DNA of 64,000 nucleotides from Planctomycetota bacterium (GTDB lineage Bacteria; Planctomycetota; PLA2). The stretch is from assembly GCA_021776785.1 (NCBI GenBank), contig JAJFFF010000043.1, forward strand, positions 4,196 through 68,195, read 5' to 3'. Shown one piece after another: positions 1 through 10,129 of the stretch. Numbering within the stretch: the stretch's first letter is position 1; each line of letters begins with the position of its first letter. The notes under the pieces are model-generated. The model was not told where the DNA came from. It made no database searches and was given only the letters and a program-made list of their open reading frames with translations. A program made the translations under genes and the position numbers.

Positions 1-1318
1 TCTGAACCGCGCGCGGGTTCGTGTAGAGCTGGCGTATTTTTTTGGCCTGCGCGCGGTCTTTGACGGCGTTGCGAACGGCGCGCACCTGCGCATCGTTGAT
101 GCCGGGTCGGAGGAACGCGGCGCGCAAGAGGTACTCACGCTTTTGTTCTTCGTCGCGAATCGGCATCGGCGGGCGACGGAACAGCTCTTTTTCGCGGACG
201 CCGTTGGCGACCCCGGTCAACACCCAAAGCGAAAGGAACGCTTCGGATCGGACTAAGTGCTGCGTGTCCTTCGGATCGTCGTCTTCGAGGAGCAAGCCAA
301 GAATGTCGATGGAGGCGGCTTCGCGGACATTCAGCGTGGCGAGACCGACCGCGACATCCACGCGGATTCCGAAGTAGGGATGGCGGTACACCGTCTTGTT
401 CAAGAACAGGTTCTTAACGCGCTCGAGCGGTGCGCTCTTGCTGAGTGCTTCCAAACAAGTGCGCTGCGTCGTGTGGTCTGGTTCGCTCTCGTCGAGAAGG
501 ATCTTCTCCAACACGTCCCAAACTTTTGGTGAACCCCAAGAGGGCCGGCGCAGAATCGACGTCATCTTCATCCGCAAGATGCGTTCGTTGTCTTTATCCG
601 CGATCACTTTCAGCGCGTGATCGAGCACGAGCTCGCGCTTGCTGTCATCGACAAAGCTCAGCGTTTCGAGCGCTTCGGCGCGCACGGACACATCGAGACT
701 CTTGTTCGAGAACAACTTGATCAGGTGCGGCGCCAACCCCTTCGTCTTGAATTGGCGCAGCGCGTTCAGCGAGCCGCGGACCGCCGCGATATCAGCCGGA
801 CTCGTGGGCGCCTTGCTAATGATCTTGATCAGATGCGGCTCGGCTTCTTTGATCTTGAACCGCGCGAGCATCAGGGCGGCGCGACCGCGCGCGTCCGCAC
901 TCTCGTCTTGCAGCCAGTCGAGCAAGATGTCAGGTGTCGACGGGTCGTTTTTGGCCAGGTCGTAGCGCACCATCACGGACGCTCGCCGCGTCGAAACGAC
1001 TTTGGACTCGGCCGAGCGATTCACCGCACGCCGTTCCCCGAACGAGCCAAGCGAATTGAGAATGGCGAGCTTGCCGGCGACCTTGCCCTCGTCTTCCAAC
1101 GCGCCTTTGAGCGCCTCGATCACCATCATTCGCTTCTCGATCTTTTGCAGCGCCTTATGGGCATCTGCTGTGCCGACGCCGTCCTCGAGCTGCGAGATCG
1201 CGCGATGGATCTTCCAGCGTGTGCCGAGGTCAAAGCTGTCGGCGACGAAGTAGCCGATGACGGATACGAATGCGACGCCGGTAACGATCCGGAGGACCGG
1301 TGTGGATTTCTTGCTCAT
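1..1318 (-). CDS. HEAT-repeat (PBS-lyase-like) domain protein with N-terminal membrane anchor; 3' end lies beyond the window start
   Basis: Reverse-strand frame is open from ATG (complement of CAT at 1316-1318) to the window edge. Translation begins MSKKSTPVLRIVTGVAFVSVIGYFVADSF (a TM helix), followed by repeated helical LxxLxxxxD/ExxVRxxAxxAL HEAT-like units. It is absent from the ORF track only because it has no stop inside the window. Confidence 0.7.
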   Translation of the reverse strand, partial: MSKKSTPVLRIVTGVAFVSVIGYFVADSFDLGTRWKIHRAISQLEDGVGTADAHKALQKIEKRMMVIEALKGALEDEGKVAGKLAILNSLGSFGERRAVNRSAESKVVSTRRASVMVRYDLAKNDPSTPDILLDWLQDESADARGRAALMLARFKIKEAEPHLIKIISKAPTSPADIAAVRGSLNALRQFKTKGLAPHLIKLFSNKSLDVSVRAEALETLSFVDDSKRELVLDHALKVIADKDNERILRMKMTSILRRPSWGSPKVWDVLEKILLDESEPDHTTQRTCLEALSKSAPLERVKNLFLNKTVYRHPYFGIRVDVAVGLATLNVREAASIDILGLLLEDDDPKDTQHLVRSEAFLSLWVLTGVANGVREKELFRRPPMPIRDEEQKREYLLRAAFLRPGINDAQVRAVRNAVKDRAQAKKIRQLYTNPRAVQ

Positions 1319-1457
1319 CTTCGAAATTCTCAGTTTGCGATTCAGCGAGTTTCCGTTGGAAGCACCGCTTTCGACCTAGCCGGGCCGATTCCCCGGCCCC
1401 TGCGAGCCAACCTCTCAGCATATCAAGTTACGCACCAAACGGCGCACATGGCTGGTC

Positions 1458-2429
1458 TTGCCGCTGTGGGGTATAGAATTCGCTGCCATGGGTGACCTGC
1501 AGTTCGATTTTGACGCGGCGGAGACGTGTACGCTCGAAGTCGATGACGAGCAGGCGGGCGTGCGCCTCGACCAGTTCTTGGCCGTGGCCCTCAACGACTT
1601 CAGTCGAGCAGGCGTGCAGCGTCTGATCAAACTCGGTGCCGTGATTTTGAACGGGACGGCGGCTACGCGCGCATCGGTGAAGGTGCAAGAGGGCGACCAG
1701 GTCGCGGTGACGGTCCCCGCACTCAAGGAGCCGTCGGTTACTCCGCAGTCCATCGAACTCACGGTCCTGCACGAGGACGATGATGTCTTAGTGATCGACA
1801 AGGCGCCGGGCATGGCCGTGCATCCCGGGGCCGGACGACCGGATGGAACGGTCGCGAACGCGGTTGCGGCGCGCATCGGCATCGTCGGACCGCGCGACCG
1901 ACCGGGCATCGTGCATCGGTTGGACCTCGCCACGAGCGGCGTCATGGCGATCGCCAAACACGAATCCGCGCACGCCAGCCTGTCCGCGGCCTTTAAGGAG
2001 CGGGCGGTCGTCAAGGTGTACCTGGCGATCACGCACGGTGTGCTGGACTACGACGAGTACGCGATCGACGCGCCGCTCGGACGGTCTCTGCGGGATCCGA
2101 AAAAGATGGCGGTGCGCCACGATCAAGGCCGCGCGTCGTTCACGGGAGTCGCGGTGAATGAGCGCTTCGAACGCGCCTCGTTCATTGAATGTCGTCCGCG
2201 GACGGGGCGCACGCACCAGATCCGCGTCCATTTGCTGAGTACCGGCCATCCGCTGCTCGGCGACGCGACCTACGCGCGCGGTCGCGCCAACCCGGTTTCC
2301 GTGCCGCGTTTGATGTTGCACGCGAGCAGTTTGACGTTCCCGCACCCGCGGACAAACGAGCCTGTCACCGTGGAGGCGCCGGTCCCCGCCGACATGAGCG
2401 CCGTGCTCGCGCTTTTGCGCGCGAGTTGA
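1458..2429 (+). CDS. RluA-family 23S rRNA/tRNA pseudouridine synthase (RluD-like, with S4 domain)
   Basis: Contains HRLD catalytic-Asp motif ([14 protein letters not shown]), an S4-like N-terminus (LDQFLA...[18 protein letters not shown]) and conserved C-terminal [10 protein letters not shown]. The TTG at 1458 is the longest start; the ATG at 1488 (MGDLQF) is a plausible alternative. Confidence 0.85.
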   Translation: MPLWGIEFAAMGDLQFDFDAAETCTLEVDDEQAGVRLDQFLAVALNDFSRAGVQRLIKLGAVILNGTAATRASVKVQEGDQVAVTVPALKEPSVTPQSIELTVLHEDDDVLVIDKAPGMAVHPGAGRPDGTVANAVAARIGIVGPRDRPGIVHRLDLATSGVMAIAKHESAHASLSAAFKERAVVKVYLAITHGVLDYDEYAIDAPLGRSLRDPKKMAVRHDQGRASFTGVAVNERFERASFIECRPRTGRTHQIRVHLLSTGHPLLGDATYARGRANPVSVPRLMLHASSLTFPHPRTNEPVTVEAPVPADMSAVLALLRAS

Positions 2430-2460
2430 CGCTGGCCCGCGCCACGGCTACGGTCGGCCC

Positions 2461-4059
2461 ATGGACCGTCAAACCTGGGAGCGCGATGTCTACGGGCCCG
2501 CGCGCGCTAAGCACTCCGAACGCCGGGACTCGTTTCAAACGTCGAGCGGAATTCCGCTGGAACCCGTGTACGGCGACGGGCCGTTCCCCGGGGAGTACCC
2601 GTACGTGCGCGGCGTGCAGCCGACCATGTATCGCGGGCGCTTTTGGACGATGCGGCAGTACGCCGGATTTACGTCGGCCAAGGCGAGCAACGAACGGTAC
2701 CGCGCTCTGCTCGCGCAGGGCGCACGCGGTCTGTCGGTCGCGTTCGACTTGCCCACGCAGATCGGCTACGACTCCGATAGCCCCGAGGCGTTTGGCGAAG
2801 TCGGACGCGTCGGTGTGCCCATCAACTCGCTGCACGACATGGAAGTGTTGTTCGACCAGATCCCGCTCGACAAGGTGACCGTGTCGATGACGATCAATTC
2901 GACGGCGAGCATCTTGCTGGCGCTGCTGATCGCGGTTGCGAAACGGCGCGGGATTGACCCGTCGGCACTCGGCGGCACGATCCAAAACGACATCTTGAAG
3001 GAGTACATCGCGCGCGGGACGTATCGTTTTCCCGTCGGGCCCTCGATGCGCCTGATCACGGATACCTTTCGATACTGCGCGGACCACGTTCCGCGTTGGA
3101 ATCCGATCTCAATCAGCGGGTACCACATTCGCGAGGCCGGCGCGACGGCGGCGCAGGAGGTCGCGTTCACGCTGGCCGACGGGATCGCGTATGTCCAGGC
3201 GGCTCTCGACGCCGGTCTGGATGTGGATCGATTCGCCAGTCGGCTGTCATTTTTCTTCAACGCGCACAACAACCTGTTCGAGGAGGTCGCGAAGTTTCGC
3301 GCCGCCCGACGGATGTGGGCCAAGATCATGAAGGAGCGCTTCGGCGCCAAGAGCGAGCGCTCGTGTTGGCTTCGGTTCCACACGCAGACGGCGGGCTCGA
3401 CGCTGCAGAGCCGGCAGATTGACTGCAACGTCGTGCGTACCACGCTGCAGGCGCTGTCGGCCGTGCTCGGGGGCACGCAATCGCTGCACACCAACGGGCG
3501 CGACGAAGCGTTGGCGTTGCCGACCGAAGCGAGCGCTACGCTGGCGCTGCGGACGCAGCAGGTGATCGCGCACGAAAGCGGTGTCGCGGATGTTGTCGAT
3601 CCGCTCGGCGGCGCGCCGTTCATCGAGGCGCTCACCGACGAGGTGGAGGCGCGCGCTCAGGCATTGATTGACCGCATCGACGCCATGGGGGGGGCGGTTT
3701 CGTGCATCGCCTTCATGCAGGGCGAGATCGAGCGCAGTGCCTATCAGGCGCAAAAGCGAATCGAATCCGCCGAGGATGTGGTCGTCGGCGTGAATCGGTT
3801 TGAAGAGGGCGACGGGGCCCAACCGGAGCTCTTGGCGATCGACGACGCGGCCTACACGAGCATCTGCGTACAGCTCAAGGAGATGCGGTCGCAACGTGAC
3901 GGCGCGGCGGCCCAGCACGCCCTGGACGCGCTCACGGCCGCGTGTCGCTCGACCGACAACCTGATGCCGCCGATTCTGGCCGCGGTGGAAGCGCACGCGA
4001 CCGTCGGCGAGATCTGTGCCGCGATGGAGTCGGTGTTCGGCGTGTACCAGCCCGGATAG
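2461..4059 (+). CDS. Methylmalonyl-CoA mutase family, catalytic (N-terminal TIM-barrel) subunit without a fused B12-binding domain
   Basis: Strong MCM N-terminal motifs: [63 protein letters not shown]. The 532-aa length matches a split-type large subunit. No cobalamin-binding DxHxxG domain in this ORF or elsewhere in the window. Confidence 0.9.
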   Translation: MDRQTWERDVYGPARAKHSERRDSFQTSSGIPLEPVYGDGPFPGEYPYVRGVQPTMYRGRFWTMRQYAGFTSAKASNERYRALLAQGARGLSVAFDLPTQIGYDSDSPEAFGEVGRVGVPINSLHDMEVLFDQIPLDKVTVSMTINSTASILLALLIAVAKRRGIDPSALGGTIQNDILKEYIARGTYRFPVGPSMRLITDTFRYCADHVPRWNPISISGYHIREAGATAAQEVAFTLADGIAYVQAALDAGLDVDRFASRLSFFFNAHNNLFEEVAKFRAARRMWAKIMKERFGAKSERSCWLRFHTQTAGSTLQSRQIDCNVVRTTLQALSAVLGGTQSLHTNGRDEALALPTEASATLALRTQQVIAHESGVADVVDPLGGAPFIEALTDEVEARAQALIDRIDAMGGAVSCIAFMQGEIERSAYQAQKRIESAEDVVVGVNRFEEGDGAQPELLAIDDAAYTSICVQLKEMRSQRDGAAAQHALDALTAACRSTDNLMPPILAAVEAHATVGEICAAMESVFGVYQPG

Positions 4060-4065
4060 ACGCGG

Positions 4066-7000
4066 TCACTTCACTTCGATTTCGCGAATGAGCGGCCATT
4101 TCTGCGGATCGATTTCATGAGTATCGATGCGGACCAGCCGCGCGGACCCCAGCGGCGCCGGGTCGATTGCAGCGATCCCGTTTTTTGGTTTGCCAAACCC
4201 GACGATGACGGTGCCGTCGTCGCGGGTCTGGATGAGCGCTACCGATTCTTGGGCCTCGACTTGTGCGCGGCCCAGCGCGAGCGTGAACCGAATCGGTTGT
4301 TCGGGGCGCGTGACTTCGATATCGCGCCAGACCACAAGTTGACCGCGCTCTGCGCGCAAGAGGACGCGCCACTTCCCGGCATGGGGCGCGCGCAGACGAA
4401 ACACGCCGCTTTCGCCGAGCAACGCTTCGCTTCGCTGCGAACCCTGTACTTGAAAACGCGGTGGCATGAGCAGCGCGTTCCAGCCTTTCGCGTTGCCTCC
4501 GGTAATCGTCACCAGACCCTCGACACTCGGTGCGCGAGCATCGGCGACAAGCAGATCATGCTTCGTCGTGGATCCGGCGCGTACGGTGCATGTGTGGGGA
4601 ATCGGTTCGGCGCCTAAGCGCGAGCGTACGCGTTGGGCTCGCGGGTGAATCTCTTTGTCGGTCCGTGTCACAAGCCACGGGCCGGGCGTGAGCGCGTCAA
4701 AGCGAAATGCACCGTTGGCGTCGCTGCGCTGGGTTTGCGCGAATCCGTCCGCGCGCGAGATCGCGACGATGACCCCTGGAGCGGCTTTTCCGTCTTCGGT
4801 GCGCACGCGCCCCGCGATCGACCCGCCGCGTGTGATTTGCAGCGGCACGTCGTCGCCGACCGTTGCGTCGAACGCGCGTATGTCGGAACTCGCCGGAGCC
4901 AGTCCATCGGCTTCCGCGCGTACGACGAACCGTCCCTGGCCGCGCAGGGTGAGACGGTACGCTCCGTTCTTGTTGGTGCGCGTTTGGGCTGTCGGGCTTC
5001 GTTGGGATCGCACCGGGAATCTGTTCACCGTGACTATGCGGTCGGTCGGCGTCGCCTTGTGAAGCGTAACGCGCGCGTCGGCGACCGGTTTCCCGTTCGC
5101 CGTGACCGTACCGCGTATGCCTGGAAGTTCTTGAAGTTGCGCTTGCGCGTCGGCAGGGGCGGTTTCGGACGCGTAAGGACCGAGTGTTGCCAGCGCATGG
5201 TGATCCGCGTCGACGATGACCATGAACGCTCCCGCGGGCAACGGGACCTTGGCAGCGCCGTCAGCGCCGGCCTCGACATCGTCGATCGGGAGATCGAACT
5301 CGGCGTCGGGGCGCCGCATACGTACGCGGAACGTGCTCACCGCGGCGCCCTTCGTACCGGTCGCGCGAACGGTCATGTACCGAATTTTGGAAAGGCGAAG
5401 CGTGATCGTCGCTCCCGTTGCGCGGACATCAGTCCGGCGCGCCGCACCCCAGCGGCCCTCGGGATCGCGCACCTCGATGATGTAGACCGCGCCTTCCTCG
5501 GCCTCGATCTGAAACGTCCCATCGTCTTCGACGGTGGTTCCTCCGCCGCCTTCTGTGTTGTCGCCGACAAATTCGTAGGACAACTCGACGCCGCTCGCAG
5601 GTTTGCCTTCCGGGGTCAGAGCAACGCCTTGAATCGTCGCGTTCGCCGGTTTGGCTTCGAGCCTAACGATCACCCCGGCGGTCTCGCGGCCCGCGTGAAT
5701 TTCGGCCGGTGCATGCGTGCCGTTCCAGTAGTCGGCGGCTTCTACCCAGACGCGCTGCGAACCGATCGGGATTCCGGTGATCCGGAAGCGGCCATCGGCG
5801 TCCGTTGCGGTAAACGGTTGGGCCGCCACAGCCGCAAGCGGGGCATGGCGCAGGTGGTTGATATCGGCGTCGGTAAACGGGCGTTGGCTCCATCCGACCT
5901 GCGCGTGCGCAACGGGCTTACCTTCTTGATCGACGACGCGACCGACGAGCGAGCCGCCCGGTTCGAGAGCAATGTCGCCCAGGGCGGTTCGGGAGTCGCG
6001 CTTCGCCTGCGTGCGCATGGTGCGTGTGGCATACCCGTCGGCGCGAAACGAAAGATCGAGGACGGTCATGTTGTCTTTGATCTTGAGTGCGGCAACGAGC
6101 CGACCGTCAGCGCCGGCCCTCAACTCGATGATTTCGCCCGCATGGCGGATGTGGACGTCGCATCCGCTCACCGCGTTCTTGTTGGTGTCGACGACGCGAA
6201 AAGAAACGGACGAGGTCGGCGCGGCGATCGGGTTCGCGCCCGGCGCGGCCGGTGTGGAGCGCCGCGCTCGCGACGGCTCGATGCTCTCGCCGTCCTTCGA
6301 TTTAGGCACGGCATGTTTTGCGTCCGTGTCATTCGATCTTGCGTCCGCGGCGCGGGTGCGACGCGTCTCCGTGCGCGTCGGCGTGTCACTCCACGGCGCG
6401 CGGTCCGATACGTGCCATCCGAGCACGAGAAGCGCGACCACCGCGCCTCCTACGAGAAATTTTGTAGTTGTCGACAAGGCCACGGCTCCTCCAAGAGAGA
6501 GTGTTGTTCCCATGGCATCGAGGGTCGGTACGGTGAGGGCCGCGAGCGCGTTGTGCCAGCGCTTGCGATCGCCGGCGTGGCGGGCGTCCAGCGCTTGACG
6601 GAGAAGCGTCAGTCCACGTTGGATTCGCCAACGCACGGTTCCCGGCGGCGTACTTTGTTTCCGCGCGATGTCCGCAGCAGTCCAATCGCGGTAGTAGCGA
6701 AGGAGCAACGTGGTGCGGAACGGCTCTTCCAAGTTCATCACCAGCTCGGTGAGCATTTGGTGCGACTCGAGTTCGGCGAGGATCCTGTCCGGCGTGTCGG
6801 CTTGCCGATCCGGTTGGGCGACGGCGTGTTCGCGTCGACTCCGGCGGCGATTGGTTCGCGCGCGCATGCGCGCCTTGTTGCCGAGCACACGCGCAAGCCA
6901 CGGTCGCAGCGGACGGTCGGCGCGCGGGGGCTTTTCCAGGGCGGCGAGCCACGTTTCCTGTACGACGTCATCGGCCTCGGCGCGATCCCGAACCAGTCGG

Positions 7001-7077
7001 CGCGCGAGCGCGCGTGCCCATGAAGCGTGCTTGAGCAGCTCCTCGGGTCCGATCAGGGGTTCGTCGCCTCGATGCAT
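4066..7077 (-). CDS. ECF (sigma-70 group 4) sigma factor fused through a single TM helix to a large extracytoplasmic domain built of carboxypeptidase-regulatory-like beta-sandwich repeats
   Basis: Start reassigned to the ATG at 7077 (MHRGDEPLIGPEELLKHASWARALA). The ORF-track start at 7824 would overlap the epimerase gene on the other strand and its first 249 codons are R-rich noise. Sigma r2 (DDVVQETWLAALEK) and r4 (LLLRYYRDWTAADIARKQSTPPGTVRWRIQRGL) motifs, then a hydrophobic segment FLVGGAVVALLVLGW, then about 750 aa with repeated DADGRFRITGIPIG / NGAYRLTLRGQGRF / NGAFRFDALTPGPW motifs. Confidence 0.8.
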   Translation of the reverse strand: MHRGDEPLIGPEELLKHASWARALARRLVRDRAEADDVVQETWLAALEKPPRADRPLRPWLARVLGNKARMRARTNRRRSRREHAVAQPDRQADTPDRILAELESHQMLTELVMNLEEPFRTTLLLRYYRDWTAADIARKQSTPPGTVRWRIQRGLTLLRQALDARHAGDRKRWHNALAALTVPTLDAMGTTLSLGGAVALSTTTKFLVGGAVVALLVLGWHVSDRAPWSDTPTRTETRRTRAADARSNDTDAKHAVPKSKDGESIEPSRARRSTPAAPGANPIAAPTSSVSFRVVDTNKNAVSGCDVHIRHAGEIIELRAGADGRLVAALKIKDNMTVLDLSFRADGYATRTMRTQAKRDSRTALGDIALEPGGSLVGRVVDQEGKPVAHAQVGWSQRPFTDADINHLRHAPLAAVAAQPFTATDADGRFRITGIPIGSQRVWVEAADYWNGTHAPAEIHAGRETAGVIVRLEAKPANATIQGVALTPEGKPASGVELSYEFVGDNTEGGGGTTVEDDGTFQIEAEEGAVYIIEVRDPEGRWGAARRTDVRATGATITLRLSKIRYMTVRATGTKGAAVSTFRVRMRRPDAEFDLPIDDVEAGADGAAKVPLPAGAFMVIVDADHHALATLGPYASETAPADAQAQLQELPGIRGTVTANGKPVADARVTLHKATPTDRIVTVNRFPVRSQRSPTAQTRTNKNGAYRLTLRGQGRFVVRAEADGLAPASSDIRAFDATVGDDVPLQITRGGSIAGRVRTEDGKAAPGVIVAISRADGFAQTQRSDANGAFRFDALTPGPWLVTRTDKEIHPRAQRVRSRLGAEPIPHTCTVRAGSTTKHDLLVADARAPSVEGLVTITGGNAKGWNALLMPPRFQVQGSQRSEALLGESGVFRLRAPHAGKWRVLLRAERGQLVVWRDIEVTRPEQPIRFTLALGRAQVEAQESVALIQTRDDGTVIVGFGKPKNGIAAIDPAPLGSARLVRIDTHEIDPQKWPLIREIEVK

Positions 7078-7230
7078 AGAAGGTACTTGCCGCGCTTGGT
7101 CAGAGTGTTGGCGGTATTTTTTGATTCGTCGCCTGAAGCGTACGAGAACACCGTCCCGCGCGCTTAAATCCGGCCGCCAGGCGTCGAATGGGCCCTTCGC
7201 GGCATTCGTTTTTTCATCCCTCCCGGGGAT

Positions 7231-7668
7231 GTGAATAATGCGCCTGTGAAAAACATCAACCATGTGGGCGTCGCGGTCGCCGATCTTGAGGCCGCGCGCG
7301 CGATCTGGGACGAGCTGCTCGGGCAGACGCCCGACGTCGAGCATGTCGCCACGCAGCGCGTTTTTGCCGCGATGTATCCGTGCGGGATCGAGTTGATCGC
7401 GCCGGAAACTGACGACAGTCCGATTTCGAAGTTTTTGGCCAAGCGTGGGAGCGGCATCCACCACGTCACGATCGAAGTCGATGACATTGATGCGCAACTC
7501 GCGCGTTTGGCGAATCGCGATGTGCGCCTGATCAACAAGTCGGCCGTTCCCGGCGTTGGAGGCAGTCGCGTTGCGTTCCTTCACCCTGCCGCGGCCGGCG
7601 GCGTTTTGGTGGAACTCAAAGAGACCGCCAAGCAAGACAAGCACGGGGAGTCCGGCAGCGATGAATAA
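7231..7668 (+). CDS. mce: Methylmalonyl-CoA epimerase (glyoxalase/VOC family)
   Basis: 145 aa. VOC-fold motifs [14 protein letters not shown] and [14 protein letters not shown]. Its stop TAA overlaps the next gene's ATG (ATGAATAA at 7661-7668). Sits in the propionyl-CoA pathway cluster. Confidence 0.8.
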   Translation: MNNAPVKNINHVGVAVADLEAARAIWDELLGQTPDVEHVATQRVFAAMYPCGIELIAPETDDSPISKFLAKRGSGIHHVTIEVDDIDAQLARLANRDVRLINKSAVPGVGGSRVAFLHPAAAGGVLVELKETAKQDKHGESGSDE

Positions 7669-9190
7669 CCGAGAAGAGTTGCACCGTCGGCGCGAGGCTT
7701 CGCTGCTGGGCGGCGGGATGAAAGCGATTGAGAAACAGCACGCCAAGGGCAAGCTGACCGCGCGTGAGCGCATCGATTTGTTGCTCGACCCCGGGACGTT
7801 CATCGAGATCGATCCGTTCGTCACTCATCGCTGCACCGACTTCGGGATGGCTGCGAAAAAGATTCCCGGCGACGGCGTGATTACCGGGCACGGGCTTGTG
7901 GAAGGCCGCGCCCTCTTTGTGTTTTCGCAAGACTTCACCGTGTTCGGTGGATCGCTCAGCGGCGCGTATGCCCAAAAGATCTGCAAGATCATGGACCTGG
8001 CGATGAAGGCGGGCGTGCCCGTGGTTGGGTTGAACGACTCCGGTGGTGCGCGCATCCAGGAGGGCGTCGAGTCGCTTGGCGGGTACGCCGACATCTTTTT
8101 GCGCAACACACTGGCGTCCGGCGTCGTGCCGCAGATCTCCGCGATATTGGGGCCGTGCGCCGGGGGCGCCGTCTACTCGCCCGCGATTACGGACTTCGTT
8201 TGCATGGTCGAGAACACGAGCTACATGTTCGTTACCGGGCCCAACGTCGTCAAAACCGTCACGCACGAGGAAGTTTCGTTTGAGGACCTTGGTGGTGCGG
8301 CGACGCATGCCGGCAAGTCCGGCGTCGCGCATCTCACCGCTCCCGACGACGCCGCGTGCCTCGCGCAGGTCCGGCGGCTCCTTAGCTACATGCCGCTCAA
8401 CAACCGTGAGGATCCGCCGACGGTTGCCTGCGACGACGATCCCAACCGCATGGACGAGGCACTTGACACCATCGTCCCGGCCGATCCCGAAAAGCCTTAC
8501 GACATCAAAGACGTCGTCTCCCGTGTTGTGGACAAGGAGTCGTTTTTTGAAGTGATGCCCGAGTACGCCGGCAACATCGTGGTTGGCTTTGCTCGTCTCG
8601 GCGGGCGCGCGATCGGCGTGGTCGCAAACCAGCCCGCGTACCTTGCTGGCGTTCTCGACATCGACGCCAGCCTCAAGGGCGCGCGTTTCGTTCGCTTCTG
8701 CGACTGCTTCAACATTCCGCTCGTCACGTTTGAGGACGTTCCCGGTTTCTTGCCCGGCACGAATCAGGAGTGGGGCGGCATCATCAAACACGGCGCGAAA
8801 CTTCTCTACGCTTATTGCGAAGCCACCGTGCCGAAACTCACCGTCATCACGCGCAAAGCGTACGGCGGCGCCTACGACGTCATGAGCTCCAAGCACATTC
8901 GCGGCGACTTCAACTTTGCTTGGCCCAGCGCGGAGATCGCCGTTATGGGCGCCAAAGGCGCTGCCGAGATCATCTTCAAACGCGACATCCACTCGCCCGA
9001 AGACGAAGCGCGCTACACCGAAGAGTACAAACAGAAGTTCGCGAACCCGTTTATCGCTGCTGAGCTCGGCTACATCGACGACATCTTCGAGCCGAGGTTC
9101 ACCCGTCCGCGCCTCATCTCCGCCCTTTCGATCATGGCCACCAAAGTCGACCGAAACCCACCCAAAAAACACGGCAACATCCCCCTATAA
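7661..9190 (+). CDS. pccB: Propionyl-CoA carboxylase beta chain / methylmalonyl-CoA carboxyltransferase (acyl-CoA carboxylase CT subunit)
   Basis: Start taken at ATG 7661 ([19 protein letters not shown]). Classic carboxyltransferase motifs: [49 protein letters not shown]. The ORF-track start at 7556 would overlap mce. Confidence 0.9.
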   Translation: MNNREELHRRREASLLGGGMKAIEKQHAKGKLTARERIDLLLDPGTFIEIDPFVTHRCTDFGMAAKKIPGDGVITGHGLVEGRALFVFSQDFTVFGGSLSGAYAQKICKIMDLAMKAGVPVVGLNDSGGARIQEGVESLGGYADIFLRNTLASGVVPQISAILGPCAGGAVYSPAITDFVCMVENTSYMFVTGPNVVKTVTHEEVSFEDLGGAATHAGKSGVAHLTAPDDAACLAQVRRLLSYMPLNNREDPPTVACDDDPNRMDEALDTIVPADPEKPYDIKDVVSRVVDKESFFEVMPEYAGNIVVGFARLGGRAIGVVANQPAYLAGVLDIDASLKGARFVRFCDCFNIPLVTFEDVPGFLPGTNQEWGGIIKHGAKLLYAYCEATVPKLTVITRKAYGGAYDVMSSKHIRGDFNFAWPSAEIAVMGAKGAAEIIFKRDIHSPEDEARYTEEYKQKFANPFIAAELGYIDDIFEPRFTRPRLISALSIMATKVDRNPPKKHGNIPL

Positions 9191-9195
9191 AAAAA

Positions 9196-9226
9196 CCCCA
9201 ATGCGGTACCGGGTTGGATTTTTTCG
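9196..9226 (+). terminator. Terminator-like hairpin plus T-run (left arm of a perfect 31-bp inverted repeat pair), immediately downstream of the pccB stop
   Basis: Sequence ccccaatgcggtaccgggttggattttttcg: imperfect stem ccaa..cggtaccg..ttgg around the palindromic core CGGTACCG, followed by TTTTTT. Begins 6 nt after the pccB TAA. Confidence 0.5.
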
Positions 9227-9440
9227 TCCATAAAGCATTGTTTATTAGGGGGTTACAGCGACGAGGTGCGGCAATTTTGTCGCACTTTGGACGCCTCGCG
9301 AGGCGAAGTGACAGGGCGCTGTCGTCTAGAACCGAAGCGTGGGGCTTTTCTCGGCCTCGCGGCGTGGCACAGGCGCCTAAATTGCGTCACCAATGCCGCA
9401 TGTTGACGTCATAACATCTTATGGAATAACGCTTTAGAAC

Positions 9441-9471
9441 CGAAAAAATCCAACCCGGTACCGCATTGGGG
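9441..9471 (-). terminator. Terminator-like hairpin plus T-run on the minus strand (right arm, exact reverse complement of 9196-9226), downstream of the pdxH stop
   Basis: cgaaaaaatccaacccggtaccgcattgggg is the exact reverse complement of 9196-9226. Read on the minus strand it gives the same hairpin followed by TTTTTT, 20 nt after the pdxH stop. Confidence 0.5.
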
Positions 9472-9490
9472 AGGTGCCGCAATGCGGGGG

Positions 9491-10129
9491 TTAGGGGGCT
9501 AGGCGTTCGATTTGCCAGGTTTTGGTTTTTTTGTATTTCAGCCTGTCGTGTAGGCGGCTCTCTCGGCCCTGCCAGAACTCGATCGTCGTGGCGACCAGTT
9601 TGTAGCCGCCCCAGTGCGATGGGCGAGGGATGGGTTGGCCGTCGAGGCGAGCCGTGAGGTCGGCGACGCGGGTTTCGAGTTCGTCGCGGCTGGCAATCAC
9701 TTCGCTTTGGGCGGACGCGGTCGCGGCGATTTGACTGCCGCGCGGACGGCGCTGGAAGTACGCGTCGGAGCGCGCCGCGTCAATGGCGTGAACGGGGCCC
9801 CGGATGCGGACCTGGCGCTCAAACCGATCCCAAAAAAACAACATCGTCGCGGCGTTATTGTGAGCGAGCTGCTGACCCTTGGCGCTGTTGTAGTTCGTAT
9901 AAAAAACGAAGCCGTCGTCGTCGACGCCGCGACACAAGACAACGCGCGCATCCGGGGCGCCGTGCTCGTCCACCGTGGCCAGCGTAGCCGCGTCAGGAAT
10001 CGGCATGTGCGGCGCCGACTCGTCAAACCACTTGCGGAACTGAGCGATCGGATCGGGATCAAGCTCATCGAGTGTCAGCGTGCCCCACCGATAGTCTCCG
10101 TGCGGGTTGTCAGCGTCGCGATTGACCAT
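9491..10129 (-). CDS. pdxH: Pyridoxamine 5'-phosphate oxidase
   Basis: 212 aa with PNPOx-like fold motifs (VVLCRGVDDDGFVFYTNYNSAKGQQLAHNNAATMLFFW) and the C-terminal WGGYKLVATTIEFWQGRESRLHDRLKY signature. Confidence 0.85.
   Translation of the reverse strand: MVNRDADNPHGDYRWGTLTLDELDPDPIAQFRKWFDESAPHMPIPDAATLATVDEHGAPDARVVLCRGVDDDGFVFYTNYNSAKGQQLAHNNAATMLFFWDRFERQVRIRGPVHAIDAARSDAYFQRRPRGSQIAATASAQSEVIASRDELETRVADLTARLDGQPIPRPSHWGGYKLVATTIEFWQGRESRLHDRLKYKKTKTWQIERLAP

Larger units (their letters stand above)
9196..9471. repeat. 276-bp element bounded by perfect 31-bp (imperfect ~41-bp) terminal inverted repeats enclosing a ~214-bp lower-GC non-coding core; MITE-like or bidirectional-terminator/sRNA locus
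   Basis: Perfect 31-bp inverted repeats at 9196-9226 and 9441-9471, extending with mismatches (tccataaagc versus gttctaaagc). The core contains a 14-bp palindrome cgcctcgcgaggcg and no credible ORF. It fills the whole gap between convergent pccB and pdxH. Confidence 0.45.

Noticed and set aside
617-1495. 292-aa plus-strand ORF
   Set aside because: Antisense to the well-structured HEAT-repeat gene on the minus strand and overlaps the RluA start region. No recognisable motifs.
4633-7023. 796-aa plus-strand ORF
   Set aside because: Antisense to the ECF-fusion gene. Extremely Arg/Gly-rich translation typical of the wrong strand in high-GC DNA, with no motifs.
4066-7824. 1252-aa minus-strand ORF taken as one gene from the ATG at 7824
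   Set aside because: Its first 249 codons are Arg-rich with no motif similarity and run antisense through the divergent promoter and the mce gene. The recognisable ECF sigma domain begins at the internal ATG at 7077, which I use as the start.
7616-9172. 518-aa minus-strand ORF
   Set aside because: Antisense shadow of pccB, which has unambiguous carboxyltransferase motifs on the plus strand.
9196-9471. Possible CRISPR repeat pair
   Set aside because: Only two copies, in inverted rather than direct orientation, with a 214-bp spacer and no cas genes. Fits a terminator pair or MITE, not CRISPR.
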